Below, one piece after another: positions 17,051 to 27,581 of a DNA stretch of 48,119 nucleotides. The notes below the pieces were generated by a model, which was not told the DNA's origin, ran no database searches, and was given only the letters and a program-made list of their open reading frames with translations. Within the stretch, counting starts at the first letter, position 1, and every line of letters begins with the position of its first letter. This DNA is from Thermodesulfobacteriota bacterium (lineage in GTDB: Bacteria; Desulfobacterota_D; UBA1144; Nemesobacterales; JAJCZQ01), in assembly GCA_965203965.1 (NCBI GenBank), contig CBDBDR010000009.1:1-48119 (forward strand), in the 5' to 3' direction. The translations under genes were made by a program, and so were the position numbers.

Positions 17051-19330
17051 ATGAGCGATAGAACTATTCGCAGAGTCGTTGATGGTCAAGATAAAGTTTC
17101 GGCAGAAACAGTTAATCAGTATTTTGAAGCATTAGGCGGAGCAATTGTTCCACGAAAAGAAGGAGAAGGCCATCCGTCGGCGAGTGGCGGAGATTTAGGT
17201 TCTGCCATTTATCCGTGGAGAAGATTATATGTAAATGAGATAATCGGAAACATTGGAGATGGAACAAATCCTATCGTAAACGTTATATCGGGTGTTGAGG
17301 TAGGTTCAACTGAGTCTGAAGGTGAACCGACATGGATAGTTCCAAACGGACCCGATGGCGTTATGTTATTGGCAACTCCTGAACGACCCGTCGTAATAAA
17401 AAGACCAAATGATGACGACGTCATACTAACTTCAAATGTTACATCTTCTGGTGGGACATTGCCGAATTTTCCAAATGTGACAAAGCGGTTTAATACGTCT
17501 AAACAAACTGAAACCGATATTCCATTTTTTAGTCCCGAACGTTCCCCTTATTACTATCAAAGTTCTAGTCAAATTCGTGGAGAAACTTTATATTTAACAA
17601 AAGGGCGTTTTTGGTTAAATATAGAGTCAGCCGGCGATAATCCTGCGCGCGGCAATACGATTTTTGGAAAAGAAGGAAATGATTATTTTTATTTTCATGT
17701 TGCAAATGAGACGATATTGATTGTAACTGAAGAGAACGATTTGCCGGACGCCGATACAGTATCGAGAGATTTAATTGCTTATGTGATAGATGAAGGTTCG
17801 TATTATCAGATTAATAGCTCTGCCTGGTCTGCCGTGACAAACCTTGATTTATTGAACATCCCTTCACAACGAGAATATTTTTCAATATCTACGGGGGATT
17901 TAAATATTGGAACAGAAGATAATCCAAATCAGTTTTCTACTTTAGATATTCCAAGATTTTTATCCACATCGTCTTTTACTCAAATTACTACCGGATATGT
18001 GTTTTATAATACGTCATTAAACGTAAATCCCGTCATTATCGTTCCAAGAATTTTACCGAATTTATCAGAGGTTATTCAAGACAGCACGGAGACATTTGGA
18101 ATTATAGGATTGAAAAATGGAGATATTGCTTTTAGTCTTTCGGATAGTATTTGGTATCAATGGAACGGATCTGTTTGGCAATCAACAAATTTAGTACTAA
18201 TCGGCATTTGCGGGATTGACGGATCTAATGGAGTCGTATGTGTCAAACCGTTACGGATAGATTTTAATAAACTCTTAACCATCCACAATCGTATTTTTAG
18301 CAATTCAGAATATCCCGTGTTAAATATCATATCTTCTAAAGTATCAGACGGTGTGAATTTGACGTTTGTTCCATTTGAAAATTCAGTTCAAAATACAACG
18401 CTATCTTTAGGGTGTCAAGATTTTAGTGTTGAACTGATCGGTTTGAAAACGCATATTGATGAAGCCGACATCATTAATGATGAATTTTATTTTTATTATT
18501 TTGACGGCGTTAAAGTTATTCCTTCTAATTTACGACCAAATCCACTATTGTGTGGTAAGAAAATGATTTTTGTTCATCCACGTAAATCACAAATATGTAT
18601 CGGATCGGGTGTTGGCCGTGTTGAAAGTAGCGAAAAGTATTTAGATACAAATTTAAAAAATATCTCTTCAAACGATCGTAACTATCCATATTTAATTCCC
18701 TCAACGATATCCATGACACCGGAAGATACGTTCGTCAATCAACACGCGCTCCGTGCCACCGTCACCGTGAGTGAAACAATCAATGATACCGTAAGTGGTT
18801 TAGGCGGCACCATATTTAATGTTATAAGTTTATCCCAAGTTCTCCCCAGTGACGATGATGTACGTCCCACAACGGTTGTAGATTTTAGAATTCTTATAAA
18901 CAATTTAGAACTTTTTGATTTTAAGTTTGATTACGACAATATTGAATTTACAGATAAACGATTGATTCAATTTGTCGCTGGTGGAACTACATATACACCT
19001 TCGGATTTTCCAATTACTAATACCGGTGATTCATTGTTTACTTCGGGTGTTTCAACGTATTCAGTCACAATGAAATTGCGGCCGTTAGAATCTCCGGTTT
19101 TAATCAATCCATTAACACGATTTGCGGTTTTGAATAGAACTCCAAAAAAAATAAATTTTTCAGTTGAAAGTAGGGATACAACATATTCAATGCATATCAC
19201 TAATTCTTTTTTTTCTGGATTTGAAATTACGCAAATAGGTATCGGACATAGCAGTACTGGGTTTTTTCCAATATACACGTTTAATGCATCATATAACATT
19301 TTACCATTAAAGACTTTGACTCTTATTTGA
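17051..19330 (+). CDS. Probable tail / baseplate-associated virion protein
   Basis: 759 aa, S/T/G/N-rich; DLGSAIYPWRRLYV and WYQWNGSVW are motifs common in tail proteins. Confidence 0.55.
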   Translation: MSDRTIRRVVDGQDKVSAETVNQYFEALGGAIVPRKEGEGHPSASGGDLGSAIYPWRRLYVNEIIGNIGDGTNPIVNVISGVEVGSTESEGEPTWIVPNGPDGVMLLATPERPVVIKRPNDDDVILTSNVTSSGGTLPNFPNVTKRFNTSKQTETDIPFFSPERSPYYYQSSSQIRGETLYLTKGRFWLNIESAGDNPARGNTIFGKEGNDYFYFHVANETILIVTEENDLPDADTVSRDLIAYVIDEGSYYQINSSAWSAVTNLDLLNIPSQREYFSISTGDLNIGTEDNPNQFSTLDIPRFLSTSSFTQITTGYVFYNTSLNVNPVIIVPRILPNLSEVIQDSTETFGIIGLKNGDIAFSLSDSIWYQWNGSVWQSTNLVLIGICGIDGSNGVVCVKPLRIDFNKLLTIHNRIFSNSEYPVLNIISSKVSDGVNLTFVPFENSVQNTTLSLGCQDFSVELIGLKTHIDEADIINDEFYFYYFDGVKVIPSNLRPNPLLCGKKMIFVHPRKSQICIGSGVGRVESSEKYLDTNLKNISSNDRNYPYLIPSTISMTPEDTFVNQHALRATVTVSETINDTVSGLGGTIFNVISLSQVLPSDDDVRPTTVVDFRILINNLELFDFKFDYDNIEFTDKRLIQFVAGGTTYTPSDFPITNTGDSLFTSGVSTYSVTMKLRPLESPVLINPLTRFAVLNRTPKKINFSVESRDTTYSMHITNSFFSGFEITQIGIGHSSTGFFPIYTFNASYNILPLKTLTLI

Positions 19331-19356
19331 ATCTTGTAACATATTATCACTCTTAC

Positions 19357-19420
19357 GGTAATATACATACATCCATAGATCTCAAAGTCCCTCTATGTCA
19401 CCCGGAGGGATTGACTTTTT
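19357..19420 (-). repeat. Element copy 5 (hairpin half, minus orientation; probable bidirectional terminator)
   Basis: Hairpin 19386-19412 followed by GACTTTTT on the + strand, between convergent genes. Confidence 0.82.
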
Positions 19421-19461
19421 GATTATACTTGCTTCCGGATTGCAATTTCAAAAAGAATTAT

Positions 19462-19686
19462 TTAACCAATACATCTGATTTCAAAAATATCATTTTTATG
19501 CTCAAACGTAAATAATAATAAATTACATTTTAAGAATGAAAGGTCACGTTTTATTATTCCACGACCAATTGTTTCTATAATTGCCATTTCGTCAATTATT
19601 TCTACTATTTTACCAGAAATTCTTACATCTCCATCGTCCCATGCTATACGCGATCCGACATTAACTCTTGCATTATATTGTATCAT
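19462..19686 (-). CDS. Hypothetical cassette protein (VGxRIxW family)
   Basis: ATG 19686 after the element RBS; VGSRIAW...ISGKIVEII resembles 7654-8055. Confidence 0.7.
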   Translation of the reverse strand: MIQYNARVNVGSRIAWDDGDVRISGKIVEIIDEMAIIETIGRGIIKRDLSFLKCNLLLFTFEHKNDIFEIRCIG

Positions 19687-19838
19687 AGTGTTAAATACCT
19701 CCATTATTTTTTATTCTTAATTATAATTATATACCATTTTTTCATATTTGTAAATAGTATTTTTACATTTATTTTAACTTTTTAATAGTAATATATGTCC
19801 ATAGGTCTTAAAGTCCCTCTATGTCACCCGGAGGGACT
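19687..19838 (-). repeat. Element copy 6 (full, minus strand)
   Basis: Promoter 19726-19754; hairpin 19812-19838 lies inside the 3' end of the glycosyltransferase gene. Confidence 0.88.
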
Positions 19839-21166
19839 ATGGTTACTTGTTTCTTATTCTTAAGAATGCGTAATAATTTAGAATTAATAACTGACGGAGT
19901 TGTTATTACAACTTCTCCCCGCGATCTGTAATCTAATGCTTCCGGAAAGTAAATGCTTAAGTGGTTTGATTTTTTTCTTTTTCCAGTTTTAAGAACATCG
20001 TCCAAAAAAACTTTACACAAATGGTTATAATCAAATAGCCGTGTTACGATATTTATGCATTCGTTTGTTCTATACGTCCATTCATCATCAGACATATTAA
20101 TGAGTTGTTTTGCGAGTTGTAGTTCGGATTCAAATACTAACGGCCCATCATATTCGCTCCAAAATTTATCTTCTGGCGACATGGCGTTGTTTGCGAAATG
20201 TTTAGAAATAATTGGAAGAGTCAATAGAAATGACTCAATTTGTGTATACTCCATGCGTGTTCCGTATTCGCGGGCGTCACTTAACATATACCCACACCAC
20301 GAAAATTTGGATTTGCCAAGTATTTCCATCCCAACATTATAATCATACGCGTCAAGTGCCGAAATCTTAGTACCCTTTGAAGTATTAAGTATATGTATTT
20401 GACCGTTTACACGACGTCGCGTGCGAATGATCAAATTGTTATACCAATGAGAATATGGTGCCGTGTTTGTCTTCCATTTGCCGGTGTAGTCGCATACGCT
20501 TGAAATGGAATATTCGCATCCCGTAAGTGTAAGTTCCCATCCCGGGATGTACCGGTACATTCTTGGAATGAGCGCCGGGTCTTTGAGTGGTGACATTCTA
20601 CCCATATACACTAACTCACGTTTGCGTTGATTTACTGGATTTCGCCAGTGATTAAACTTTTTACAATCAATCCATATTTTATTTTCTACTAATTTCAAAT
20701 TCGGAACGAACTTTTTAAAAGCTTTGTATGATTGTCCGGATAATGATTGAACTATTCCGTAATCACTCATTGCAAAGATTTCGCCCATCTGCAATGAAGA
20801 GTTGATAGTAACAGTAGAAATACCGTGGTCGTAAGCGACGATTATTGGTTTTGTAATTTTTTCAATACATTCGCGAAATCGGTCTATATGACCAAATTTT
20901 GCGATGGGATAGCTATGAATAATGATAATGTCTTGGAGATTGAGTAAGTCAATTATATCGTCCGCAACATTTACATCTTCATCGCCAACCGTTATAACTT
21001 TAGACTGCCATTTAATTAATGTTGATCTTAAATAAAGATTGCCGTTATTAAAGTCTATAATGACGACAGTATGTCCATTTTCATAAAGATATTGTTCAAA
21101 TATCTTCGCACCTCGTGACACCCCGCACCCGTCAATTCCTTTTCCAAATACAAAAGCAATGTTCAT
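19808..21166 (-). CDS. DNA alpha-glucosyltransferase-like glycosyltransferase 2 (T4 AGT family)
   Basis: MNIAFVFGKGIDGCGVS (compare the T4 AGT RGLEGCGVT motif), DIIIIHSYP, MEYTQIE; GGAGGT RBS. Confidence 0.8.
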   Translation of the reverse strand: MNIAFVFGKGIDGCGVSRGAKIFEQYLYENGHTVVIIDFNNGNLYLRSTLIKWQSKVITVGDEDVNVADDIIDLLNLQDIIIIHSYPIAKFGHIDRFRECIEKITKPIIVAYDHGISTVTINSSLQMGEIFAMSDYGIVQSLSGQSYKAFKKFVPNLKLVENKIWIDCKKFNHWRNPVNQRKRELVYMGRMSPLKDPALIPRMYRYIPGWELTLTGCEYSISSVCDYTGKWKTNTAPYSHWYNNLIIRTRRRVNGQIHILNTSKGTKISALDAYDYNVGMEILGKSKFSWCGYMLSDAREYGTRMEYTQIESFLLTLPIISKHFANNAMSPEDKFWSEYDGPLVFESELQLAKQLINMSDDEWTYRTNECINIVTRLFDYNHLCKVFLDDVLKTGKRKKSNHLSIYFPEALDYRSRGEVVITTPSVINSKLLRILKNKKQVTIVPPGDIEGL

Positions 21167-21186
21167 TTAATACCTCCAAAATTATT

Positions 21187-21441
21187 TTATGCCATGAAAA
21201 CAAAGTCACAAGGATTGCTTTTTCCGACGTGTATAGTATTGGAAGGTTTAAGTATGGGGTAGTGGTATTTGTTTCGAAGAAATATATACGAGTCGATGTT
21301 GTCTTTCACCCGTTTTTCAACGCAATAATAATCACTGCCAACCGCTACACATTTAGGCATGTCTACCGGGGTGGCTACCCAAACACACTTGTTGTCCCTT
21401 ATCTCACAATTAATTATTACGAGATACTTTGGTCTTTTCAT
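21187..21441 (-). CDS. HicB-like protein (N-terminal domain only)
   Basis: KYLVII...WVATPVDMPKCVAVG...KDNIDSYI...PILKP follows the HicB pattern; recognised by eye. Confidence 0.5.
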   Translation of the reverse strand: MKRPKYLVIINCEIRDNKCVWVATPVDMPKCVAVGSDYYCVEKRVKDNIDSYIFLRNKYHYPILKPSNTIHVGKSNPCDFVFMA

Positions 21442-21447
21442 GTTGTT

Positions 21448-21476
21448 ATTATATACTGCTTTTACAGATGTGTAAA
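21448..21476 (-). promoter_or_regulatory. sigma70-type promoter (element variant), apparently leaderless
   Basis: TTTACA-catctgtaaaagcagta-TATAAT, nearly identical to 42564-42592; ATG lies 6 nt downstream. Confidence 0.75.
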
Positions 21477-21521
21477 CGGCAATTTTAATTTTTTTGACGA
21501 AAGCAGAATTTGCCCATTTGC

Positions 21522-21998
21522 TTAGTTCCTTAGTTCTTGAAGGTACTTAACATTCACAATGTCCAACACTGTCTTATAAATTATAACCACGTTTGTGAGA
21601 ACTAACCGAGAACTAAGCAAAAATACGGTTAGTTCCTTAGTTCTCGGCAAATACATACTTTTAACGTACTTTTACCTCTTTTCAACATGCTTCTACCCCT
21701 TTTCCATCATTTTTACGATTATTTAAAAATGTCACAATTTATAAGACAGTGTTGGACATTGTGACATTTTAGGTGTAAAACATAAGAACTAACCGTGAGG
21801 GAGAACTAAGCGAAAATCACGGTTAGTTCCCGGTTAGTTCTCAGATTGAAAGTCACGATGACTAATGCAGTATTGGAAATAATCACTTGGATATTTGTTA
21901 AGAACTAAAGAACTAACTATATATATATATAGTTAGTTAGTAGTTAGTATATATAATTGTATATATATATATAGTATATATAGCTTAGTTCTTAGTTT
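21522..21998. other. Iteron and inverted-repeat region: candidate replication origin or packaging (cos) region
   Basis: Seven pairs of GAACTAA/TTAGTTC heptamers in alternating orientation, a perfect 29-bp inverted repeat (21554-21582 / 21736-21764) and (TA)n tracts; non-coding, upstream of terS. Confidence 0.65.
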
Positions 21999-22066
21999 TA
22001 CCTTTTCTTTGGAAATCGTGCACGGTATAATTTTACATTCATCAGTACGATGGATATAATTACATT

Positions 22067-22759
22067 ATGCAAATAACAAATAGCATCGCTAAGACGTGTG
22101 GTTTCAAAAGTGCTAATGTCGTGATGGAAAAAGTAATACGTGGAGAAATAGACGGCGATATTGAAAATCAAACAGTAGACCCAAATTCATTTTTTGAATT
22201 CTTAAAGTCTGATAAACACTATTATGCCTGTTCGGAACGACAAAAACAATCAATAACCACTTTCATAAACGATATGACAAATGACCCCACAATTGAAAAT
22301 AATATATACTCTGCATCTATGCTTAAAGTTTTAAAAAACTTTTCAGTGACACCAGACATGATTGATCAATCCGATGCATTAGTTAAAACATCGCGTGCAC
22401 TAGTATCAATTGCCGAAATGAATACAAAAGCGCTGCGGAACGAAATGGACGCCGGAAAATTTGTAGACATTCAAGAAGCAGGTAGTTATTTCCGCCACGT
22501 GTTTACACTTTGGCTCACGGCGATAAAAGACATCCACCAGCTTGATACTCGTGTATCGCAAGATTTTGGGATCCCGATAACAAAATCTAAAAAAGTACTA
22601 AAGTTTATATCAAACGAACTTATAAATTATCATGAGTCTGTATGTAATGAAGTTGAAAAGTATTCGGAAGAGTTTATACATAACATTTTACAGGATAGAA
22701 CTGCATCTAAACACAAAATTTCTCCCCACTTAAAACGTAGAGCACATACCAAGTCATGA
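22067..22759 (+). CDS. terS: Terminase small subunit (probable)
   Basis: Directly upstream of and ATGA-coupled to terL; Nu1-like segment EMDAGKFVDIQEA. Confidence 0.65.
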   Translation: MQITNSIAKTCGFKSANVVMEKVIRGEIDGDIENQTVDPNSFFEFLKSDKHYYACSERQKQSITTFINDMTNDPTIENNIYSASMLKVLKNFSVTPDMIDQSDALVKTSRALVSIAEMNTKALRNEMDAGKFVDIQEAGSYFRHVFTLWLTAIKDIHQLDTRVSQDFGIPITKSKKVLKFISNELINYHESVCNEVEKYSEEFIHNILQDRTASKHKISPHLKRRAHTKS

Positions 22760-24582
22760 AAGACCATGCAAGCATATTTGGATCACGACCGTTCTCAATC
22801 CCCATTAACATTAAGCATACTGAATCTATGTCCAACTTATTTGTTCAAACTTGTCGTGATATATTTAGCAGCGCAAAAACACTTAGCGGTTCACAATGGG
22901 CCGATAAATACCGACTTATGGGTCGGTCTTCGCGATACCGGAATTGGGACACATTGCGAACTCCATATCTTCGTGAAATTGCAGATACAATTTCTGATAC
23001 TTCTAGAAATTCGCGAGTTGTCGTCATTGCAAAATGCGCTCAGGCTGGCGGATCTGAAGTTGCTTTGAATGAAATACTCAGGCGAATGCACCAAGACCCA
23101 TGTGTGATAATGTATTTTGCCGAAACTGGTGAAAAAGTTCGCATGTGGAAACAAGACCGACTAAATCCCGCGCTTATGAACAAACCGTTTGAACGTCGCG
23201 ACACTACAACCAATAAACCAAACGTTGATTTCGTTGGCGGCACGTTACTTATGTCGGGATCTCATTCGCCGGCGGGATTATCATCTACGACGGCAAAGTT
23301 GGTGATTGGAGATGAAGTTGCAAGATACCCCGTATCAATTGGTGATGAGGGGGATTTTTTGTCATTGGCGCGGGGCAGAATAAAAACACACGGTGATCAA
23401 GGGAAGATCGTGTTAATATCAACGTTCACACAAGACGTCGCCGGTGAAGGCACGTTTTATACGTACTGGGATATTGGAGACCGTAAAGAATACTATGTCC
23501 CATGTCCCAAATGTGGGGAATACTGGCTATGGGATTTAGATAGTTTAACTTTAGAAGGGATGAAACACACATGTGAATATGTGACTCGAGATGGAGACGA
23601 GCGATATAATTGTGTGTTACACGGGAAGTGGATATCAACCGCCGAACGTAAAATGTCTGATGTGACTTCGTATCGCATCAATGGATTTATCATTCATCCT
23701 GAGTGGAAAAAATGGTCTGAGTTTTTAGAATTACACGCTATGTGTCACGCTGGACGTACTGCATTTTCAACATTTTATAATGTTGAACTCGGACAACCAT
23801 TTTCGGTTGAAAAAGCGATGGTGCCACAAGTTGACGCTGTTAAAATTAAAACGACATCTCTTAACTACAAGTCGGAATCACTTCCATCCAGCAAAGTGAT
23901 TTGTATAACTGCGGCAATAGATGTTCAAAAACAATACATGCGATACGAAGTACGAGCTTGGTGTTCAAATTTAGACTCATTCGGACTAGAGTACGGCACA
24001 ATGGAAACTGACATTTTGAATATACGAATGGCGATTAGTGATATTCGCGATTTATTAGTAAAAGACTATTCGGGGATGAAGATATGGTTATGTGGAATAG
24101 ATTGTGCATATAAGCCATCGGCAGTATATGAAGTATTAAGATATTTTCCTTCACACAGACATGCAATCCGTGGAACACGCGGGTCTTTACTTGCGGTTCG
24201 TGGATCTTCAAAATCCGTGAATGATCGGTTAGTATTATCATTGCCACACGGAATTCAAAAGGGACTGCGACGCATGTATCGTCGTCATGCCGTATTGGGG
24301 ACCGATGTTGCGAAGCATGAATTATATTCTATGTTATCTTCAAATTACACGGAAGACGACGGTACTTCAAAATTTTATTGTCCGTCTGATTATCCCGATG
24401 CGTATTTTGACGAATTGGTGTCAGAAACGTTAGTTGAGAAGATGGATAAAAAAACAAATTCTAAAACATATGTGTTCCAAAAAACTCAAAAACGCAACGA
24501 AGCGTTAGATTTAGCAGTATATAATCGCGCGATGTTTGAAGTTTTACGCTCATCAATGAAAGCAAGTGTGTTTGAATCATAA
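22756..24582 (+). CDS. terL: Terminase large subunit, lambda GpA family
   Basis: SQWADKYR, TPYLREI, KCAQAGGSE, GDEVARYP, VPCPKCG, AIDVQ, RNEALDLAVY. Confidence 0.93.
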   Translation: MKDHASIFGSRPFSIPINIKHTESMSNLFVQTCRDIFSSAKTLSGSQWADKYRLMGRSSRYRNWDTLRTPYLREIADTISDTSRNSRVVVIAKCAQAGGSEVALNEILRRMHQDPCVIMYFAETGEKVRMWKQDRLNPALMNKPFERRDTTTNKPNVDFVGGTLLMSGSHSPAGLSSTTAKLVIGDEVARYPVSIGDEGDFLSLARGRIKTHGDQGKIVLISTFTQDVAGEGTFYTYWDIGDRKEYYVPCPKCGEYWLWDLDSLTLEGMKHTCEYVTRDGDERYNCVLHGKWISTAERKMSDVTSYRINGFIIHPEWKKWSEFLELHAMCHAGRTAFSTFYNVELGQPFSVEKAMVPQVDAVKIKTTSLNYKSESLPSSKVICITAAIDVQKQYMRYEVRAWCSNLDSFGLEYGTMETDILNIRMAISDIRDLLVKDYSGMKIWLCGIDCAYKPSAVYEVLRYFPSHRHAIRGTRGSLLAVRGSSKSVNDRLVLSLPHGIQKGLRRMYRRHAVLGTDVAKHELYSMLSSNYTEDDGTSKFYCPSDYPDAYFDELVSETLVEKMDKKTNSKTYVFQKTQKRNEALDLAVYNRAMFEVLRSSMKASVFES

Positions 24583-24585
24583 TTC

Positions 24586-24740
24586 TCAGTCTCTCCGAGC
24601 GGGATAGAGGCGCTTTAAGACTTACAGATGTGTATTACTATTATCCAAAAACTTTAAAATAAATGTAAAAATACTATTTACATTTATGAAAAAACGGTAT
24701 ATAATTATATTGAGAACAAAAAATAATGGAGGTATTTAGA
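24586..24740 (+). repeat. Element copy 7 (degenerate hairpin, intact promoter)
   Basis: AGTCTCTC...GAGGCGCT at 24588-24614; the downstream part matches 34923-35048. Confidence 0.85.
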
Positions 24741-26990
24741 ATGAAAGAATTAACAAAAAAAGAACTTGGAAAACCAGTCGCAATTGAGCAGCTCCCGTTT
24801 GTTTCTTATGACCATCCAATTTCTCGCGGTGTTTGTCATGGATGTTATGGAGAAACTGAAAACTATTCGGTTTCCAGATGTGACAAATGTACTGGAAAAT
24901 AATTTCAAAAAATTTTAAAAATACTATTTACATTTATGAAAAAACGGTATATAATTATATTGAGAACAAAAAATAATGGAGGTATTTAGAATGAAAGAAT
25001 TAACAAAAAAAGAACTTGGAAAACCAGTCGCAATTGAGCAGCTCCCGTTTGTTTCTTATGACCATCCAATTTCTCGCGGTGTTTGTCATGGATGTTATGG
25101 AGAAACTGAAAACTATTCGGTTTCCAGATGTGACAAATGTACTGGAAAATAATTTCAAAAAATTTTAAAAATACTATTTACATTTATGAAAAAACGGTAT
25201 ATAATTATATTGAGAACAAAAAATAATGGAGGTATTTAGAATGAAAGAATTAACAAAAAAAGAACTTGGAAAACCAGTCGCAATTGAGCAGCTCCCGTTT
25301 GTTTCTTATGACCATCCAATTTCTCGCGGTGTTTGTCATGGATGTTATGGAGAAACTGAAAACTATTCGGTTTCCAGATGTGACAAATGTACTGGAAAAT
25401 AATTTCAAAAAATTTTAAAAATACTATTTACATTTATGAAAAAACGGTATATAATTATATTGAGAACAAAAAATAATGGAGGTATTTAGAATGAAAGAAT
25501 TAACAAAAAAAGAACTTGGAAAACCAGTCGCAATTGAGCAGCTCCCGTTTGTTTCTTATGACCATCCAATTTCTCGCGGTGTTTGTCATGGATGTTATGG
25601 AGAAACTGAAAACTATTCGGTTTCCAGATGTGACAAATGTACTGGAAAATAATTTCAAAAAATTTTAAAAATACTATTTACATTTATGAAAAAACGGTAT
25701 ATAATTATATTGAGAACAAAAAATAATGGAGGTATTTAGAATGAAAGAATTAACAAAAAAAGAACTTGGAAAACCAGTCGCAATTGAGCAGCTCCCGTTT
25801 GTTTCTTATGACCATCCAATTTCTCGCGGTGTTTGTCATGGATGTTATGGAGAAACTGAAAACTATTCGGTTTCCAGATGTGACAAATGTACTGGAAAAT
25901 AATTTCAAAAAATTTTAAAAATACTATTTACATTTATGAAAAAACGGTATATAATTATATTGAGAACAAAAAATAATGGAGGTATTTAGAATGAAAGAAT
26001 TAACAAAAAAAGAACTTGGAAAACCAGTCGCAATTGAGCAGCTCCCGTTTGTTTCTTATGACCATCCAATTTCTCGCGGTGTTTGTCATGGATGTTATGG
26101 AGAAACTGAAAACTATTCGGTTTCCAGATGTGACAAATGTACTGGAAAATAATTTCAAAAAATTTTAAAAATACTATTTACATTTATGAAAAAACGGTAT
26201 ATAATTATATTGAGAACAAAAAATAATGGAGGTATTTAGAATGAAAGAATTAACAAAAAAAGAACTTGGAAAACCAGTCGCAATTGAGCAGCTCCCGTTT
26301 GTTTCTTATGACCATCCAATTTCTCGCGGTGTTTGTCATGGATGTTATGGAGAAACTGAAAACTATTCGGTTTCCAGATGTGACAAATGTACTGGAAAAT
26401 AATTTCAAAAAATTTTAAAAATACTATTTACATTTATGAAAAAACGGTATATAATTATATTGAGAACAAAAAATAATGGAGGTATTTAGAATGAAAGAAT
26501 TAACAAAAAAAGAACTTGGAAAACCAGTCGCAATTGAGCAGCTCCCGTTTGTTTCTTATGACCATCCAATTTCTCGCGGTGTTTGTCATGGATGTTATGG
26601 AGAAACTGAAAACTATTCGGTTTCCAGATGTGACAAATGTACTGGAAAATAATTTCAAAAAATTTTAAAAATACTATTTACATTTATGAAAAAACGGTAT
26701 ATAATTATATTGAGAACAAAAAATAATGGAGGTATTTAGAATGAAAGAATTAACAAAAAAAGAACTTGGAAAACCAGTCGCAATTGAGCAGCTCCCGTTT
26801 GTTTCTTATGACCATCCAATTTCTCGCGGTGTTTGTCATGGATGTTATGGAGAAACTGAAAACTATTCGGTTTCCAGATGTGACAAATGTACTGGAAAAT
26901 AATTTCAAAAAATTTTAAAAATACTATTTACATTTATGAAAAAACGGTATATAATTATATTGAGAACAAAAAATAATGGAGGTATTTAGA
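24666..26990 (+). repeat. Perfect tandem array, 9 x 250 bp (promoter + RBS + zinc-finger ORF) plus a 10th promoter
   Basis: ATGs at 24741, 24991, 25241, 25491, 25741, 25991, 26241, 26491 and 26741; units identical by eye. Confidence 0.95.
24741..24902 (+). CDS. 53-aa CxxC-x11-CxxC zinc-finger protein (first of 9 identical copies; last at 26741-26902)
   Basis: MKELTKKELGKPVAIEQLPFVSYDHPISRGVCHGCYGETENYSVSRCDKCTGK; own promoter and GGAGGT RBS; absent from the ORF track. Confidence 0.85.
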   Translation: MKELTKKELGKPVAIEQLPFVSYDHPISRGVCHGCYGETENYSVSRCDKCTGK

Positions 26991-26991
26991 T

Positions 26992-27482
26992 ATGAGCAGA
27001 ATTGATTAAAAATAAGAACTTGGAAAACCAGTGAGTATGTTCAAGATTTATTGGACGGAATTGAATGGGAAAAAAGCATCGCGATAAGTTCATGATTAAC
27101 ATGAGAACATTTGGATCAGTAGAACTGAAAACGGAATTCGGTGTCCGGTTGCTGTGCAACTGCAGCATTACAAGCAATAAATGATCGCCCATTTAGTAGC
27201 AATGAAATTGGAGTTAGAAAAGACAGGGCTGCAGCACTAAATGAAGATACAGGAGACGTAGATAAATTTGAAGAGGTTATAAATTTACTACGAATTGGTG
27301 ATCTTAATAACTTCTTTATAGAGGCAGATGAAAAATTGTGCGGCGAGAACTACGAAATGATAAACACAATTGTTGACGATTGGGACGATTTGTGGAGGCT
27401 TAACCGGAGCAATTGGGAAAGTGAATCTGAACTGAATACAATACGAAAGTTTCAAAAAGTTCTGATTTCAAAAGGTCTTTAA
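26992..27482 (+). pseudogene. Copy of the 158-aa gene at 35050-35526 with a garbled 5' part (probable consensus artefact)
   Basis: Identical to the 35050 gene from about 27146 on; the first 155 bp carry indels matching the zinc-finger repeat unit. Confidence 0.7.
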
Positions 27483-27581
27483 TGATTAAATAATTTCAAA
27501 AAATTTTAAAAATACTATTTACATTTATGAAAAAACGGTATATAATTATATTGAGAACAAAAAATAATGGAGGTATTTAGA

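Noticed and set aside
10864..19330. Diversity-generating retroelement acting on tail genes
   Set aside because: No reverse transcriptase and no adenine-specific TR/VR pair were seen.
21115..21525. 136-aa plus-strand ORF and other antisense or nested ORF-track entries
   Set aside because: They overlap better-supported genes or promoters and show no RBS or recognisable motif.
24666..26990. CRISPR array or non-coding satellite
   Set aside because: Each unit is a promoter, RBS and 53-aa ORF, with no spacers.
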